Shown here: piece by piece, positions 11,101 to 24,905 of the stretch
Numbering within the stretch: position 1 is the stretch's first letter
Layout of the letters: each line of letters opens with the position of its first letter
Origin: Camelus ferus
Lineage: Eukaryota
Length of the DNA: 64,000 bases
Direction of reading: 5' to 3'
Assembly (NCBI RefSeq): GCF_009834535.1
Contig: NC_045696.1
Span: forward strand, 51,648,001-51,712,000
Translations under genes and position numbers: made by a program
The notes under the pieces: generated by a model
What the model saw: only the letters and a program-made list of their open reading frames with translations
Database searches by the model: none
What the model was told of the DNA's origin: nothing

Positions 11101-14100
11101 TAATTCCTTTTTTTTCTCTCCCGCAGGCATGACAACAGGATAAATAATGAAGAGAAACGAAAGACGAACTACATTTTGCTTAGACCACTGCATCTGCTGC
11201 TTCAACTGTGGCTTTCCTACCTTGGGATTTTTCAAAATGGGACTCAAAGCGCATGTGGCAGCCTCTCTAAGACCACAGAGGGCAGAGACCCCTCTGGGTT
11301 GTTGCTGCCGCTTCCCTGGTGTCAGGGATTTACAAACCTCCTGGCAGGACCTTATATAATCACCAGTTACAGCTTTGTAAAAGCGACTTTTGTCTGATGT
11401 GTGAGGAATACACAGCAAGAAAGTACATTTTGTGAATCTAATGCTGCCTTGTCATTACTCACCTTATGTGAGTTTGACACAGAAGATGAATTTTCTGGTA
11501 ATTCAGCTGATAAGATTATAAGAGCAAAAACATTTCATTGTCAGAAAATAGATTTACCCTCCACCCCCCCCCCCATTGTAGCTCCCTTTCTAGAAATCTA
11601 CAAGAAAAACAGGATACAATCAGACATTTTGTAAGAGGTCCAGATTCTGAAATGGATTAAAATCAAACTAAACATAACTTGCTCCACTTGGCCCTGAAAA
11701 CAACAGTGTGTGGATTCCAGACATCAAGCCTAGTTCTGGTTTTGATTCTACACTGATTGTATAGGTAACACTAGGCCTCGGCTCTCCTGTTTCCCGTTTG
11801 GAGAAAATGATACCTGTACAATTATAGTCACTCATATTCATATTCATTTGTGTTCATGTACATTCATTCACTGATGAGATGAATGAAATTATATGATAAG
11901 CTATGGGACAAAAAGATGTTATATACATTTAAGGTCAGTCACGTTTAGAGTGGCATGACAGTGACTGGCAGTAGTCGAAGTTTACGGTATTTTATCCTCT
12001 TCTTGGGTAGAATGCAGCATGAAGTGGCATTTCCTACTCCTTGGCCGCAAGAGCCTCGCGTATCTACCCAAGTTCTTCTCCAGGCAAGCCCCTTTCTTGT
12101 CTATCATCAAAGGGCAACATTTTAATATTCGGCCTTTGAATCGAATTTGACATCCTCAAATTTGGTTTTTACCAATGTCTAAAATTCGCCCAGCTTTCAG
12201 CTGAATCACCAAGACCCTATTTTGGCATTAAAGTTCCATGGAATGCTCTTTAACCATAGAATTCCATACAGTGGTACCTGATGATTTCAAATTATTTTCT
12301 CGATGATCAATAATTTAACAATAATTAGTCTGTGGGTACTTATATTATAGACCATCACTGCATCAGGTTCTTCTCTCATAAATTTTGCTAAGCATAAAAT
12401 GTGCTTTAAAAATAAAATGGTGATAGATGCTAACAAAGAACTGGATAGCTTAAATTCACTCCATCTTTTACATCAACTTTGGGATTTAAAGTTCCATAGT
12501 TAATGGAGATGGGAAAAGCTTAGAGAGGGTTCAGGGCAAAGGTCAAAGAACTCTTCCTCCTTGCCTGCCCAAAATATTTTAAGAGGTTTGATAATGGTTA
12601 TCAGTGAGATGATGTGTTAATAGATGTTCTTCGTCTATAATTCAGATTAAACATTTAAAACGGGGCCTTAAGAAACATCAAGGATTTAGTTTAGCTATAA
12701 AGTTCTGTCATATTTCAGGAGATATTAAATCCTCAAATGAAATACTGAGATGTCCTATAAGTTTATGAAACACATTCGGGCTCCTTTTTTCTATGACGAT
12801 TTAGGTAAAGTGTTGCTAGAAGGCAGGACAGGTAAACCAAATGAGCCCTAGACTTTGGCTTTTTATAAAAGTTAAAAATGAGTTGTAGAGCTTATCTGGA
12901 AATACTCTTTCACAAAAAGTGAAACAGTGTGATCCAAGGACTGAAACACCTCACATGCTAAGCTGGCGGCTGTCATAGGGAGCCAATCTCATGTGAAATG
13001 TTTGGTCCCATTATTGATCAGTCTTTATAAATGCTTGGCAGAGGTCAAGGAAGCAGCACTAATGCTTTATAAAACAAATAAGATACTTATTTCTTTGTTT
13101 GCTTTTAAAAATGACATTTACGGATTTTTTCTTTCTAGCATTCAGCTATATACAGCATATTATAATTGTCATATAATAACCTGAATTCAGGGACACATCT
13201 TTTAAAACAATGTATTATGCAGCGACCTTAGGTAAACATGCAATTTAGGAGCAGGAAAGATGCGCACAGAGACAAGTAATCATAGATACAAAGCTCGGTG
13301 AATTTCTGTGCCATGCACTTCACACCCCAACTCATCTCGCAGGGAAACTAGAGAAGGGGCAGAACCATTTCTATTATGATAATTCACAAAGGGAGGCCAT
13401 ATAGATATGCATGCAAAGTCTCTCTCCACCTCTCCATTTACATGCCAGGATTTCAACTCTGTGACACTGAGTCCCTTCATTTAGCCAATTAGTCTTTCCA
13501 GCTTCATGTAATGCACGCCAAGAAGAAGGAGAAATAGAAGTGCTGACGTTCACTGCTTTGAAAGTTGCTATTCTAATGCCAAAGCTGCCTCTTGAGCAAT
13601 TTCCAGAATGTATTAACATGGGAGCAAAGCACTATTCCTAAAGACATGGATCACATTATGCAGGGGAGCCCCCTTCACCATGTCACAACTGCATAGAATC
13701 TCCTCCATCTCACAAGACCTTAACAGTTGTAGTTAACATGGACTCAAGTTTATGGTCCTCACTCAGGCAAAACCCAGGAGGTCCTCCTGAAGAAAAAGGG
13801 CCAATTTAAAAATATTTAGCAAGCAAAGCACGACCTGTTTTCTGGACTATAGCACTGGCCAAATCTTTGCATGGCTGTACTGAAGAAAGCCAGTCAAAGT
13901 CCAAAGCAAACCAATCTCTCAGTTTAGGTTAGAGTGAAGGATTCTTCAGTTTCAGTCTTTTTTTTTTTTTTTTCCAAACCAAGTCTTGGTTCAATTTTAA
14001 TTATTTTAATTCAACATGCAACCCCTAGAATTTTCTCTCATTATTAAAGATCAAGTTGAAAAGAGCTGATATTTAAATAAAATCTAAATATGCTTCTACA

Positions 14101-14599
14101 CTTGCAAAATGGTGTAGCCCACTTATCCATGTGATTCTGATACTTAGCAGGTAATAAGAAGTTGCTCTGAAATACTCAAAACTATTCATTCTCCTTCTCT
14201 GTTGTCCATCCTGGCCCGAGTGAAAACAGGGATGGAGGTTTCAACATCACCCTCTCCTTTCTCTTATCAACAGATTTACACAAGTCAGTTTATGTCAGTC
14301 TGGCCCTACATACTCAGCCTTTCCTTGTTTAACTCCTGACATTTGCAAGAGGGGATTGGACAGGTCCTTCGTGGAGGTGGTACAGCACAGTGGAAGGAGC
14401 ACATGACCGTGATCAAGGACCTGTGTGCCCCAGTTCTGGCTCTTCTACAAGTTAGCTGTGTGTACACGACCATGCCCTCTCTTCTGGGCTTCCTTTTCCC
14501 CACACACAGAACCTGGCATTGGCTGAGATGATCCTGCAAATTTCCTTCAAGTTTCTTGTTGTTTCCCTAAAAAGCTTCTGGAAACGGCTTCTTCCTTTG

Positions 14600-15012
14600 C
14601 CTTTGCTTTCTGTAGTTTAAGATCTTGGCTCAAGCTATCCCTTCCATTATTCTCTCAGTATTCCTCTACTATCTCCTAACCTTGCTGTCTCTCAAAAGGC
14701 ATCATCTTTAGGCTCAGTTTTTTCTTCTTATAATCACACATTTGAAGGGTTGATGCACTCATCCATCTTTTCCTAAAATCCGCCTCTCTTAGTTATGGTT
14801 AATTAAGTTAATTCAGTTAACACTTCCTCTTCAGAATACCTCTGATTAGACGTTCTACCTGCGCCTCAAATTCCCTATAGAGCATTCTTTCTTTTTAAAT
14901 CATCCCTGCTATCCAATTCTATACAACCACATTCCATGACACCATTCTATGCCCCAAACTTCTGCTACACTTTCACATTTTAAAATATGGAACATTTCTT
15001 AAAATGAACTAA

Positions 15013-15043
<31 letters not shown>

Positions 15044-15630
15044 TCTTGTCTAGCTCTTGATCACAGCATACCTAGGAGATAAACATTGCCCCCTCCCTCT
15101 AAAACATCTTCTCAATGGTTTGATTGTCATAGTTACCTCTTCAGTACTCCAATGGATTTCTATGCTACTTCAGATCAATTAGGAATTGCAAACTCCCAGC
15201 ACTGAAAGCCCTTTGTAGGTACACTCATCTAATCTGTCAGAAAATGGTGCCATCCAGGCCCCCCATATCCATCCACTAAGGAGATCTCTGCCTTCTTGCT
15301 TCTTGCCATTGAAGATCTTCTCTTTATGTGGAAAAGCCCATCTCTGAACCTGTCTCACATAAGCCTGAATCTGGGGAATAATTCCTCAGCACTGAAGAGC
15401 ATCTTTCCTTCCTTCGAACTATGACTTAAACGCTGCTTCCTCTAGAGAGATTTCCAAGATTACTGTCAGCCGATCGCCATCCCTCTAAAACAAGGTAAAA
15501 ACCACTCCATCTGCTTTACCACATTTAAAAAAATCGATTGCATTTTAAATGTATATTGTAGTTGCTTATAAATTCCATTGATAGCAGGAAAAACATAGTG
15601 GGTATTCAACCAATACAGCTTGATGAATTT
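14600..15630 (+). mobile_element. Highly degenerate L2 LINE remnants
   Basis: Pyrimidine-rich L2-like body ending in catagtgggtattcaaccaatacagcttgatgaa (L2 tail-like). Confidence 0.4.
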
Positions 15631-16937
15631 ATTGCCTTGCAACTTTAGGTCTTGATTTCAAATAGTTATATGTACAAAAAGCCCCCACTGTCCTGTTTTG
15701 TTACTTTAAGACATATAAAACTACTTAAGTCACCCGATTTTTGAGAACTGTCAACCACTATGCATGTGGTAGGTATCAGCAAACACCTGTTGAATTGGAT
15801 TGAAGAAGAATCATCTTAAACAGTTTACTCTTGGAGGAGAGAGTAATCAGAAGAAGACTGTAAATATTAATATTCTATAACAGCATCTAAGTGTAATAAA
15901 AAATAATACTCAAATGAGAGTTTCTCAAATTTCTCTCATCCTCTTGATTATTTAATGTTACATTGATAAGAATATACTTTTAAAGATAGCTTTGATTTTA
16001 AAACACTAAATTTACACACCAAGAATTAGACACTAGCAAAATCTCATAGTCTGATAATTTATTTCTCTTTAATATATCTGTCTTGAGAACATCAGCAGGA
16101 ATACACCAAAGAAATATGCCCCTCACGGGACCAACTATATAAAAAGACAGAACACATCATCAGCACAAAAATCATTATCCATCTAATTTCTCCCATTCTA
16201 GATGGCTCCGGTGAGCCCCTCCATCATTACTGACTAGGGTTAAGATAGACCTTAATGGATTAATTAAACCAAAGCAGGACTGCATTGCAGACCAAAGAGG
16301 AGTAGATCCTAACACAGACGAAGCAACAACCCCGTTCTTTCGTTCAAATGTATAAGGCTTGGCTACCCTCAAGTGCTGTACATTTATACTGTAAAGCAGT
16401 CGTCCAAAAATAAGATTTGATGTCTGTTGTCTGGGTCTTCCCCTTTGCACTCATAAAAATCTAATACTTGGGTGCTTATCAAAATTTATCATGTAATAAA
16501 TGTTAGGACTTTTCTTTTGCTTCAGGAACGTGGGAGCATCTGGAAGAGAGGTAAAGTAATAGAGGCAGCATGGTCATTCTGGTCATCACGAAGCACCACC
16601 TAGGGGAGAGGTTATTGTCTGAGTGCTAGTAAGACTGAGAGAGGGCCCAGGGCACAGGATATTCACGAAGGGCTGAAAGGGAGAAATGCCCACGTAAAGT
16701 CACTGGGACGCCCCAAGCAGCTGTCAGTAATGGAAACCTTGAGAGCTGCCCATTTAAAGAGGATTTTGAAATTCAAATGTAAAAGGAGAAGATGTTAATC
16801 CAAAAGGCACAATTTAGGGTCTTTTTCTTCTTGTAAAAGGAAGAGGAAGAAGGAGAGAAAAAAACAAAACAAAACAAAACCAAAAAAAAACAACAACCCG
16901 AAAGGACCCAGAGGCACTGTACCATATTGGCAGTTTA

Positions 16938-16964
<27 letters not shown>
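16938..16964. repeat. (CT)n microsatellite
   Basis: About 13 perfect CT units; AAAAC-type repeat nearby at ~16858-16895. Confidence 0.95.
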
Positions 16965-16968
<4 letters not shown>

Positions 16969-17521
16969 AATCAGCATATAATGACTGCAACATCTACTTT
17001 CCCAATAGGGACAATCAGGCTTTATCACACACAACGTTAAACACACAGGTATTAAAAGAAAATAAAAAAAACACCCAGAAACACCTCATTCTGGAAATGG
17101 TGAGACTGACTAGGGCAGACTGTCATTAATATCAAGCGTATCCTGTCAGTTTAGAAAAGCATCCCCGAAGCCAGACTGGAGCTAGCAGCCTTATTCACAC
17201 CGAAGAGGAAGTGTCCTGAAGGATGCCGGAAGGGGGCATCTGGGCAGCTTTCAGTTTCTTTTTTGAAATGACAGAAGCAAGGCAGGCTCCTCTCAGGGTC
17301 AGCTTGGCCCTACCACGTTGAATCCCAGTGTCTAACTGATAAGTAATTGAAATAAAAAGACACGGAGTTCAATGGCTGCTCTGAGTTTTAAAAGCAAGTA
17401 CAAATTCCCAGCCCCTCAGTAGATTTCATCTGTGATTCTTGCATTAGGGGAAAAACTTGCATGAAGTTCAAACAATAGCACGGCTCTCAAAAACACATGT
17501 CATTTCTCACTGGAGAGAAAG

Positions 17522-17635
17522 AATAGAATTAGAGTTGGAAGGGTTTCCTACCTTAGTGATTATTTAATCCAGGCATTTTGTAAATGAGGAAACTGAGGAC
17601 TTGCCAATGGTCACAGAGTTAATTATGCAGCTGGC
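17522..17635 (-). mobile_element. MIR (MIR3/MIRc-like)
   Basis: cattttgtaaatgaggaaactgaggacttgccaatggtcacag. Confidence 0.75.
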
Positions 17636-17857
17636 AATTTTATCAGTAATGAATCCACAGACATATTCAGGGTGATCAGTGATCCAATGGAACTGGGTCC
17701 CTTAAGACCTTTTATTTAAACGATTATATAAGTACACACATGTACAGAGAGGAGAGACCTATAGATACAGATAAGTATATAAAATATATTTCTGGGTGGT
17801 AAAAATAGGATCCTGTGTTGTAGCTTTGTTGCTATCATGGTCAGGAAGCCACTGGCT

Positions 17858-17985
17858 AAATTTGTTTACTTGACAAATATTTATTGAGCTCCAACTGTGT
17901 GCAAGTATTATGAAAGTAAAAAAAAATGTATGATTAGACACAGTTTGTGCTGTTTCAAAAAGTTTTACATTGGTAACATAATGGT
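17858..17985 (-). mobile_element. L2 3' end
   Basis: tgacaaatatttattgagctccaactgtgtgcaag is the reverse of the L2 tail. Confidence 0.7.
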
Positions 17986-18569
17986 GCAAAATAATTGAGT
18001 AGTCAAACTCATTCCCATTGGATGAATATAAAACATAATCATGAATTTTGAATCAGGAGAGAAGGCCCTATATACTTGTCAGAGACTGGCAATAATCTGG
18101 AATGTTCTAGTACCCCAAATCTAAAGCTTGAGCCATTGATTTCAGCTGTTCTAGGCATCTGGACAGGCTTTTCCCCTCAGGATCCACCCTGAATTGACTG
18201 CCCTACGTAGCTCAGAAACAGGGCTGTCCAGGCCTTGCTGCTCGGCTCCTGCCCAGTCTCTGAGAGGGTATTTAGGTCAAGGATGAGGGTGGAGCAGGGG
18301 AGAAAGCAAAGAACCTGGCTGAGTTGTGGGTCTATTAGCTCCAACACACTACCTAATCTCCCAGTCATTTCGCTCACAGTTATATTTTAGTATATAGCAC
18401 TGCAGAATGATTTCCTTTGAGATGAACAAAAATTCAGTGGCTAAAACTAATGAATATGATTGGTTCAAGTCATCCGGAGATGGAGAAAAATCACTAATGG
18501 TAAGCTTGAGACCAAAGAAGTGATCATATCATCCAGACATTTCTCTCAAAAAGAAGGGAGGCAAGAAAG

Positions 18570-18800
18570 AACATTTAAGTGCCTACCATGTTTCAGACAC
18601 TATGAGAGGGGATTTACATATATCATCTTATTTAATTCTAATAAAAACCTTCCAGAGGAGAGATTATCATCTCCTTTTCTTCAGGTAAAGGAACAGAGGC
18701 ACAGCAAGATTGTGGTTTCAGCATACTCACAAAGGGGAAAGTAATTTGTGACACTCACATACGGATCTAAGTTTGTCCAGTTACAAAGCCTGTGTTCTTT
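18570..18800 (-). mobile_element. MIR SINE
   Basis: catttaagtgcctaccatgt..tttacatatatcatcttatttaattct..caggtaaaggaacagaggcacag. Confidence 0.8.
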
Positions 18801-19510
18801 GCCAAAGTTTGCTAAGAGGGAAACTAAGAGGTGAAACCACTCTAAATGCCGTCGGCAATATTTTTAGTGAGTGTCTGCTACATGGTGCTAAATTGTGTGC
18901 AGAAGTTTACACAAATACAAACACACACTTTCTGCCACCTTGACATTTAAATATGCTAACACGAACAAACTGACATTGGACCCACCAAAAGAATATTAAA
19001 TGTAGGAAATTCAAATGACTCTTTTACAAAAAGGTATTTTTTTTTTTTTAGTTATAGAAGACAGTCTACCCGACATTGCAAAGCTTTTGTGCAACTAATG
19101 CTTAAAAACATAAACAAACAAACAAAATCCCCAAACTCTTCCAATACCAGAAAAACATGCACAGTCTCCACAAAAATCTAGCACAGTCAATTCCCCAGTC
19201 ATTGCCAACGGACAGGGATTTTTCCTCAAACAGATTTAAAGGTGAGCACATAGTTTGCGCATAAAGGTTTCATTTTCGGTCCAGGGTTGACATTGTCACT
19301 GCCTTTGCTTACCTTGTCTTCGTGAAGTGTGGAAAGGGAAAAAGGTTTGAGTTTTTCTTCCACATGTGAAGGCTTAGCTGTGGGGAAGGGTTGTTTAAAT
19401 AAAAACACCGAGTTTCCTTCCTAGTGGAAGGCTCAGGCATCGGGAGATCCCCTCCTCCCTGCGTTCCACCATCCACATAAAAACACACACTCCCTTTCAA
19501 GCTTCCTCAC

Positions 19511-19750
19511 CTCGTGGCGTGAGGGGTAGAAAAAGAAGGGAAGAAAAGAAAAGCGGGAAAGGGTGTCGAAGAGGAAGAGAGAGGGAGGGATGGGAAGAGT
19601 GTCTAAGGAAGTCGTGTCGTTCTCCAGAGTGCTCCAGAAAGTGAAAGTATGCAAGGAGCCAGCTTAGAAGCACGCAGCTCCCAGCTCTCCAGGGATGGCC
19701 CTCTCAGAGCATCAGCTCCAGAACGAAAGCTTTCTGTGGCCAGGATGGCG
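19511..19750 (-). ncRNA. Candidate alternative exon (240 nt) with a second donor at 19313
   Basis: Acceptor cgtcttccttctttcAG|cgcc at 19751/19750. Donor cacGAG|GTGAGG at 19511/19510. Near-consensus downstream donor acAAG|GTAAGC at 19313/19312. Confidence 0.45.
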
Positions 19751-20700
19751 CTGAAAGAAGGAAGACGCTGGACAGGGGTTGGAGAAGGACACTATGGGGC
19801 TTTCCAGCCTTTTCTACCTCACATATCAAAACAGTTACTCTTGAAATGCTGTAACTTTCTGGGATATATCCAAATGCAAGAAAAAGGTGCATTCTAAGAT
19901 GAAATGTGATGTGGGAATTATTTATTATCCATTATCATGCTACAATTATTTATTTATAATTATTATCTATCTACAACACTGCAGTCTTTCACTGCCTCTT
20001 GATAATCAAGAGTTGACAGCATCACTTTATTTTATTTTTTAACACATCACTTTACTTGCTTTGTTAAAGAAATAAAGAAGAAAGATTGAGGTGGATAGGA
20101 ATTGTACTAAAATAATAAGGACACGCGACCGATATCCCCAAATCAACAACAAAAATATCGATGGTGAGGTCTTGAACTCATGGAGGTTTGTCTAATTTTT
20201 CCATAATCAGAACCAAAGGTGAAATTTAAGTTGCAATAGGCCCTCAACAGATAGTATTCACGGCTACTGCAGTCAGTCTTTTCTGAGTAAAAGGCCTGGC
20301 TGGGATTCCAAAGATTTTTCCCCTGCTGGAAACAGCATTCACAGTAGCTTTCCGGGGGAGCCGCACGAGAGAGGGGAAGGGTGAGAAGGAAGCATTAGCA
20401 CCAGAAGTCTCTAGTCATCCTCTGCCACCGTGACACGGGTTAGCTGAAGGCCATGGAGAATGACGGATGTGCAGTCGCCTCTTTCTTACACAGACAGCAG
20501 AGGGGGGAAACCACACGCTTGTATTTTGCTAATGTAAAAGTCCCAGTGGAAACATTAGCACTCAAAGACATTAATGTGGATTTGGGACACTCCCTGAAGG
20601 ATTTTGATTCCATTAGAAAAAAAAAAAAAAAAGACGGTGACAGATCTAATCCTGCTTTGATATGTTTAATACCATTTAAAGAGAAACTGCACCCATTTAC

Positions 20701-20765
20701 CTCCTCAGGCCGGGACACCAAGAGTTCAAAAAGTAAAACATCATTTCCCAGGGCAAAGAAAAAAG
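20701..20765 (-). ncRNA. MIR100HG: Putative 65-nt internal exon of the same lncRNA
   Basis: Minus strand: acceptor ttaattttcacataatattttcccAG|cttttttc, donor cctgaggAG|GTAAAT. Unique, TE-free flanks. Gene name inferred as above. Confidence 0.55.
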
Positions 20766-22990
20766 CTGGGAAAATATTATGTGAAAATTAATTTGGCATG
20801 CTTCTTTGAAATTTTAGATTTCTGGGATGAGCAAATGGGTACAGTTTTCTTTTAACTGTTTTTGAACACCATGTGTTGAGAAGAAAACAACAGAATGGCA
20901 ATTGCTCATCCAAAATGCTAACTTGTGGCATGGCGCAGTCAAGATGGCCTGCCACAGCCAAAAAGCAGGTGTATGCTATGCCTCTCACTTCAGTAGCATG
21001 CGCGCCACATGGCCCTGCATTCAGCAACCTCTTGCATTTGCTTTTGGAACCTTTCTGAGGGGGACAGTAAACATGACTCAACAGAACGTCTAGGCTAGGC
21101 GGGACTGGCTCCCCCGGCTTTCTGTGAGACAGACTCTCTGAGAAAGAACTGAGGCAAAACTGGAATAATGCTCTCTATTTTGGAATTCTGTGACCTAGCA
21201 CAAAAGTGCCTGGCTACAGATCATTTTGTGTGACTGAAATTTAGGATCTAATCAGGTTGGAGAGGATGATGAATCAGCTTTTGTGTGGCTGGAGAGGGCC
21301 TAGGCAATCAGCTGTTTCATTGGGCTAAGGACACCGTTAATGCAGCTGCTACAGATCATACGCACCTACTGTAAAAGCTTAGAGTAATAAGCCCCTCGCC
21401 TCTCAGGCCCATGAATAAGCTCAAAACGGAGGATGTTCACAATTATTTGGCGTGCTGGGATGCCAAGGCTTCCCCAATCTGACGTTATGAATCTGATATT
21501 ACATTTGCTCCAGGAATTAAAATACTTTTATATAGTCTAGATCTCATTCAACTGTCTAACAGTCCTATGAGGAAGAGGAGGAGACAGAAAAAAAGATTCT
21601 CCTTCTGCCCTGAAAGAGGCCTGATAAAGAGCCAAATTAAAACTCATGCTCACTTTTAAGCCTAAAGCAGGTAGCATGTGGAATGAAATCTCAAGCTATC
21701 TGTGTTGTAGGGCTTGACAAGGTCTGAAGATAAAGGTGTAGATGGGGCTCAAAATGACTATTTCAACATAAAGACATGGGAAATTACTGCTTTATTCTAT
21801 GATTTTAACTGATAAATCAATAACCATTTATTAAAAACCTACTGTGCAAAGATATTGTCAGCCAAGAGTAAGGAAGAGTAAGATCTATAAATACTAAATT
21901 GGGAAGAAAAACCCTAAAGCTTTACAGATAATAGTTGCATCATATACTCTGCCAGCTGCCTTCTGGGTAGGCATTTATGGAGTTTAGAAAAGACAGTTTG
22001 TTGCCAAATACTTATATGCTATTGTTAATTTCATTTATTAAAATGACAATATTCACTATGTATCTTTTATTTCTGATGGTACATTCTAGGTGTTGGAGGA
22101 TATAGGAACTGTATTTATGAAGCTTACTGTGCAGTGGTGGGAGGAATGACACACACACAAACATTCTCTGGTATAGGACAGTAGTATGTAATCAGTGCCA
22201 AATGAGACATATAAATAAGTGCTTTAGCAGTTCAGAAGAAGCGAGACCTCCTGGCTATGGAACAACCCTTTCATATATTTGCTAAAATGGCTCAATGCGC
22301 AAACAGGAAGGGATTTGGACCAAGCTTTAAGGCGACCAGCCATCAGTGTGCACGGTGGTTTAGCTAGGCTATGAGGGGAGGGGTGTGTGCCCTATATCCA
22401 TAACACCTCTCACACTGAGGTGTCCTGTGATTAATGCTGAACTGAAAGAAAGCATGCATGGCTGAAAGAGGAGTCAATATGGATGATGGGCCAGGTCCAG
22501 TGGTTCTGCATCAGCCCTAGGTATTATGATGATTATTAATTCTCTGTGGGAAGTTGGCATTAAAATGACATCATTTTCTTCCCATACTATTATGAAAAAT
22601 TTAGTCTTTTATCCACTCCAGAGTGATGGGAGGTACAATTGAGGGCTCATCCTTCCAAATGAGAGAAACACTTAGCCCATGTAAAATGCCACTGGTACGG
22701 GAATTACAATGTCTTTCAGAACAGTAACAAATGAAATCCCCATACTCCCCAAGGAGGATGAGTCAGAACCTGTGCTCCCTGGAAGCAACGACAATGGAGC
22801 TGAGGTGCAGTGGACATGTTGGGATCCACGTAAGAAGGCAGGTTACCATCCAGTAGAAAATGGAATTTGGGTGTCCTGGCTTCTAGCGCTAGGTTCCATC
22901 TATAGAATCACCTTCTTTTGCAATTTTTATTCCTCTTGGACACTCTAGCCCTTTACATCATGAATAGTGGTATTCTGTAGTTGGTGTGCT

Positions 22991-23012
22991 TGTGTGTGTG
23001 TGTGTGTGTGTG
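22991..23012. repeat. (TG)11 microsatellite
   Basis: Perfect TG repeat. Confidence 0.95.
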
Positions 23013-23774
23013 CCTTTTTAAGAGGGAGAATGGCGTTACTGATGTGCTTTTGTAAAGGATTCAAGGTTGTCTGGATCCTCAAAGAATGCAATTGAAAAAA
23101 ATACTGTTTCTTTGATTCAATGGTGCTTACATTTGGGCAGAGTTTTCTTTTTCCATCCTCAAATACAGTATTTGAGACAATCTGCCCACAATGGAAAGCT
23201 TTTAGAGCTTCAAAATGTAGGCGAACCAAATCAGAATTAATCTGTGAAAACGGAGACTCAGGCACATGGAAAAAGTTTAGAAAAAAATCCGGGCAGGAGG
23301 CAGTCCCACGGAAAGATGCCTGACATCTCTCCGAATTTAAGGTGAGCTGGAGTAGGACAGGGGAGAAGCGGCCATGGAAAGTTCCAGCTGCCATGTGATC
23401 TGCTGTCTCACCTATGCCCATTCAACTTGAGTTTGTGTCATCAAGGGGGCTAGTTGATTTTGTTAAAGTGTGTCCTGTGGTCTGACTGCACGAACCCAGA
23501 GGAGGCCAACAAAGGGAAGTCTACTCTATCTGGGGCTAGGGTGAAGTTGCCAATAGCTATTCGCTCAAAAAGGACTGACCAGATCAGTATGCAGGGACAT
23601 TTACAGCAGAGTTGCCTTTTCGTATCACATGAAAAGCCATGTAGTTTACTGGGAAAAATTAATTAACCAAAAAAAGAAGGCTTGCAAACGATAGAAGCAA
23701 AAGGGATAGAAGATACCAGTGACCACCTCTGAACACTAGGTACATGTCCCAACAGTTTTTCTTTATATGTGGAT

Positions 23775-23965
23775 TTCTCTACATATGTTATCTCATTTGA
23801 TCCTCATACTAATTATGAAAGATTGAAATTTTGCCCATTTTCTATGTGAGGAGCCTAAGGTTCAGAGAGGTTAGGTGAATATCCTCTGGTCACACAGCTA
23901 GTAGGGGCTACGCTGGGTTTCAAATCAGAGCGGTAGGACATAAAGCCTGAGCTCTTCTCTGTGCC
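23775..23965 (-). mobile_element. MIR SINE
   Basis: tctcatttgatcctcat..cccattttctatgtgaggagcctaaggttcagagaggttaggtga..ggtcacacagctagtagg. Confidence 0.85.
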
Positions 23966-24769
23966 TTGTGCTTTTCATGGCATGAAATCAGTGTTGGGGG
24001 AACTCTGCCCAGCATCTCTGGTTAGCAGAGTGAATCGCTTTTATCATTTGCCAACATGTCATAGAAAAAAACCAAAACAACAAAAAAAATTGAAACTCCT
24101 GGCTCTAGGAGATTTCCTATCAACCACCTGAAGTTTGGCTTGGTTACATAGTATTTGAATATCTGACAATCTTATAAAAAGTCTAACAAAAATACAGAAT
24201 TTTTCATTTATGCTAGATTCTAGTTAGTTAAAAATCTCCTATTCCTACATAACAGTGTGCCTGGGGGTCTCTCTCACTGCCAGAAACTTATCCTGAAAAT
24301 GCTGAAAAGTCAGAATTTGGGGCCTATATACTGACTAATATTACCAGCTGTGAGTCGGCTTGAACATCAGTAATATGATATTTCCCGCTACAATTTGATT
24401 TGGTTGAAATGTGTTTGAAGTTCACCCTTTTATTAACTAGAATTACCACCTCCTGTAACTGGAGGGCCCCTGAGAGCAGGCTGCTAGTGCAATCCAACCT
24501 CCCACCCGCCATCAGTGCATTTCCTGGCAACAAATACTATTAAATTGATAACTACAGAAATAGGTCAAAATGTCTTTTCAATAGTTGCTAATGTTCCCCT
24601 AATGCTCCATCTCCTCCCTTTGATTCTTCGGCTAACATTTTCTCAAACATCACAGGAGCAACAACTAGTAAAGAGAAATGACTAGGAGATGGGGAAGCTG
24701 GCAGCAGTGGATGGAGGAGGTCTTAGGAGTTCCCTGAATAATCAGACAGAAAAGCTAAACTTCCCTAGG

Positions 24770-24905
24770 GGCCAAGGGCCCCAAACTCAGCTCCCCTGGT
24801 GAGCTGGGGGACCTGGAAAAAAAAGCCATGTCCCATCTGAGCCTTAATACCCTCCTCTGCAAAAGAGGAAACTCAAGATGACTGATTATTCAAATTCTCA
24901 AGCTG
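24770..24905 (+). mobile_element. MIR3-like fragment
   Basis: gagctgggggacctgg..tctgagccttaataccctcctctgcaaaagagg. Confidence 0.5.

Noticed and set aside
22945..23421. 158-aa minus-strand ORF
   Set aside because: Runs through a (TG)n microsatellite; no recognisable homology
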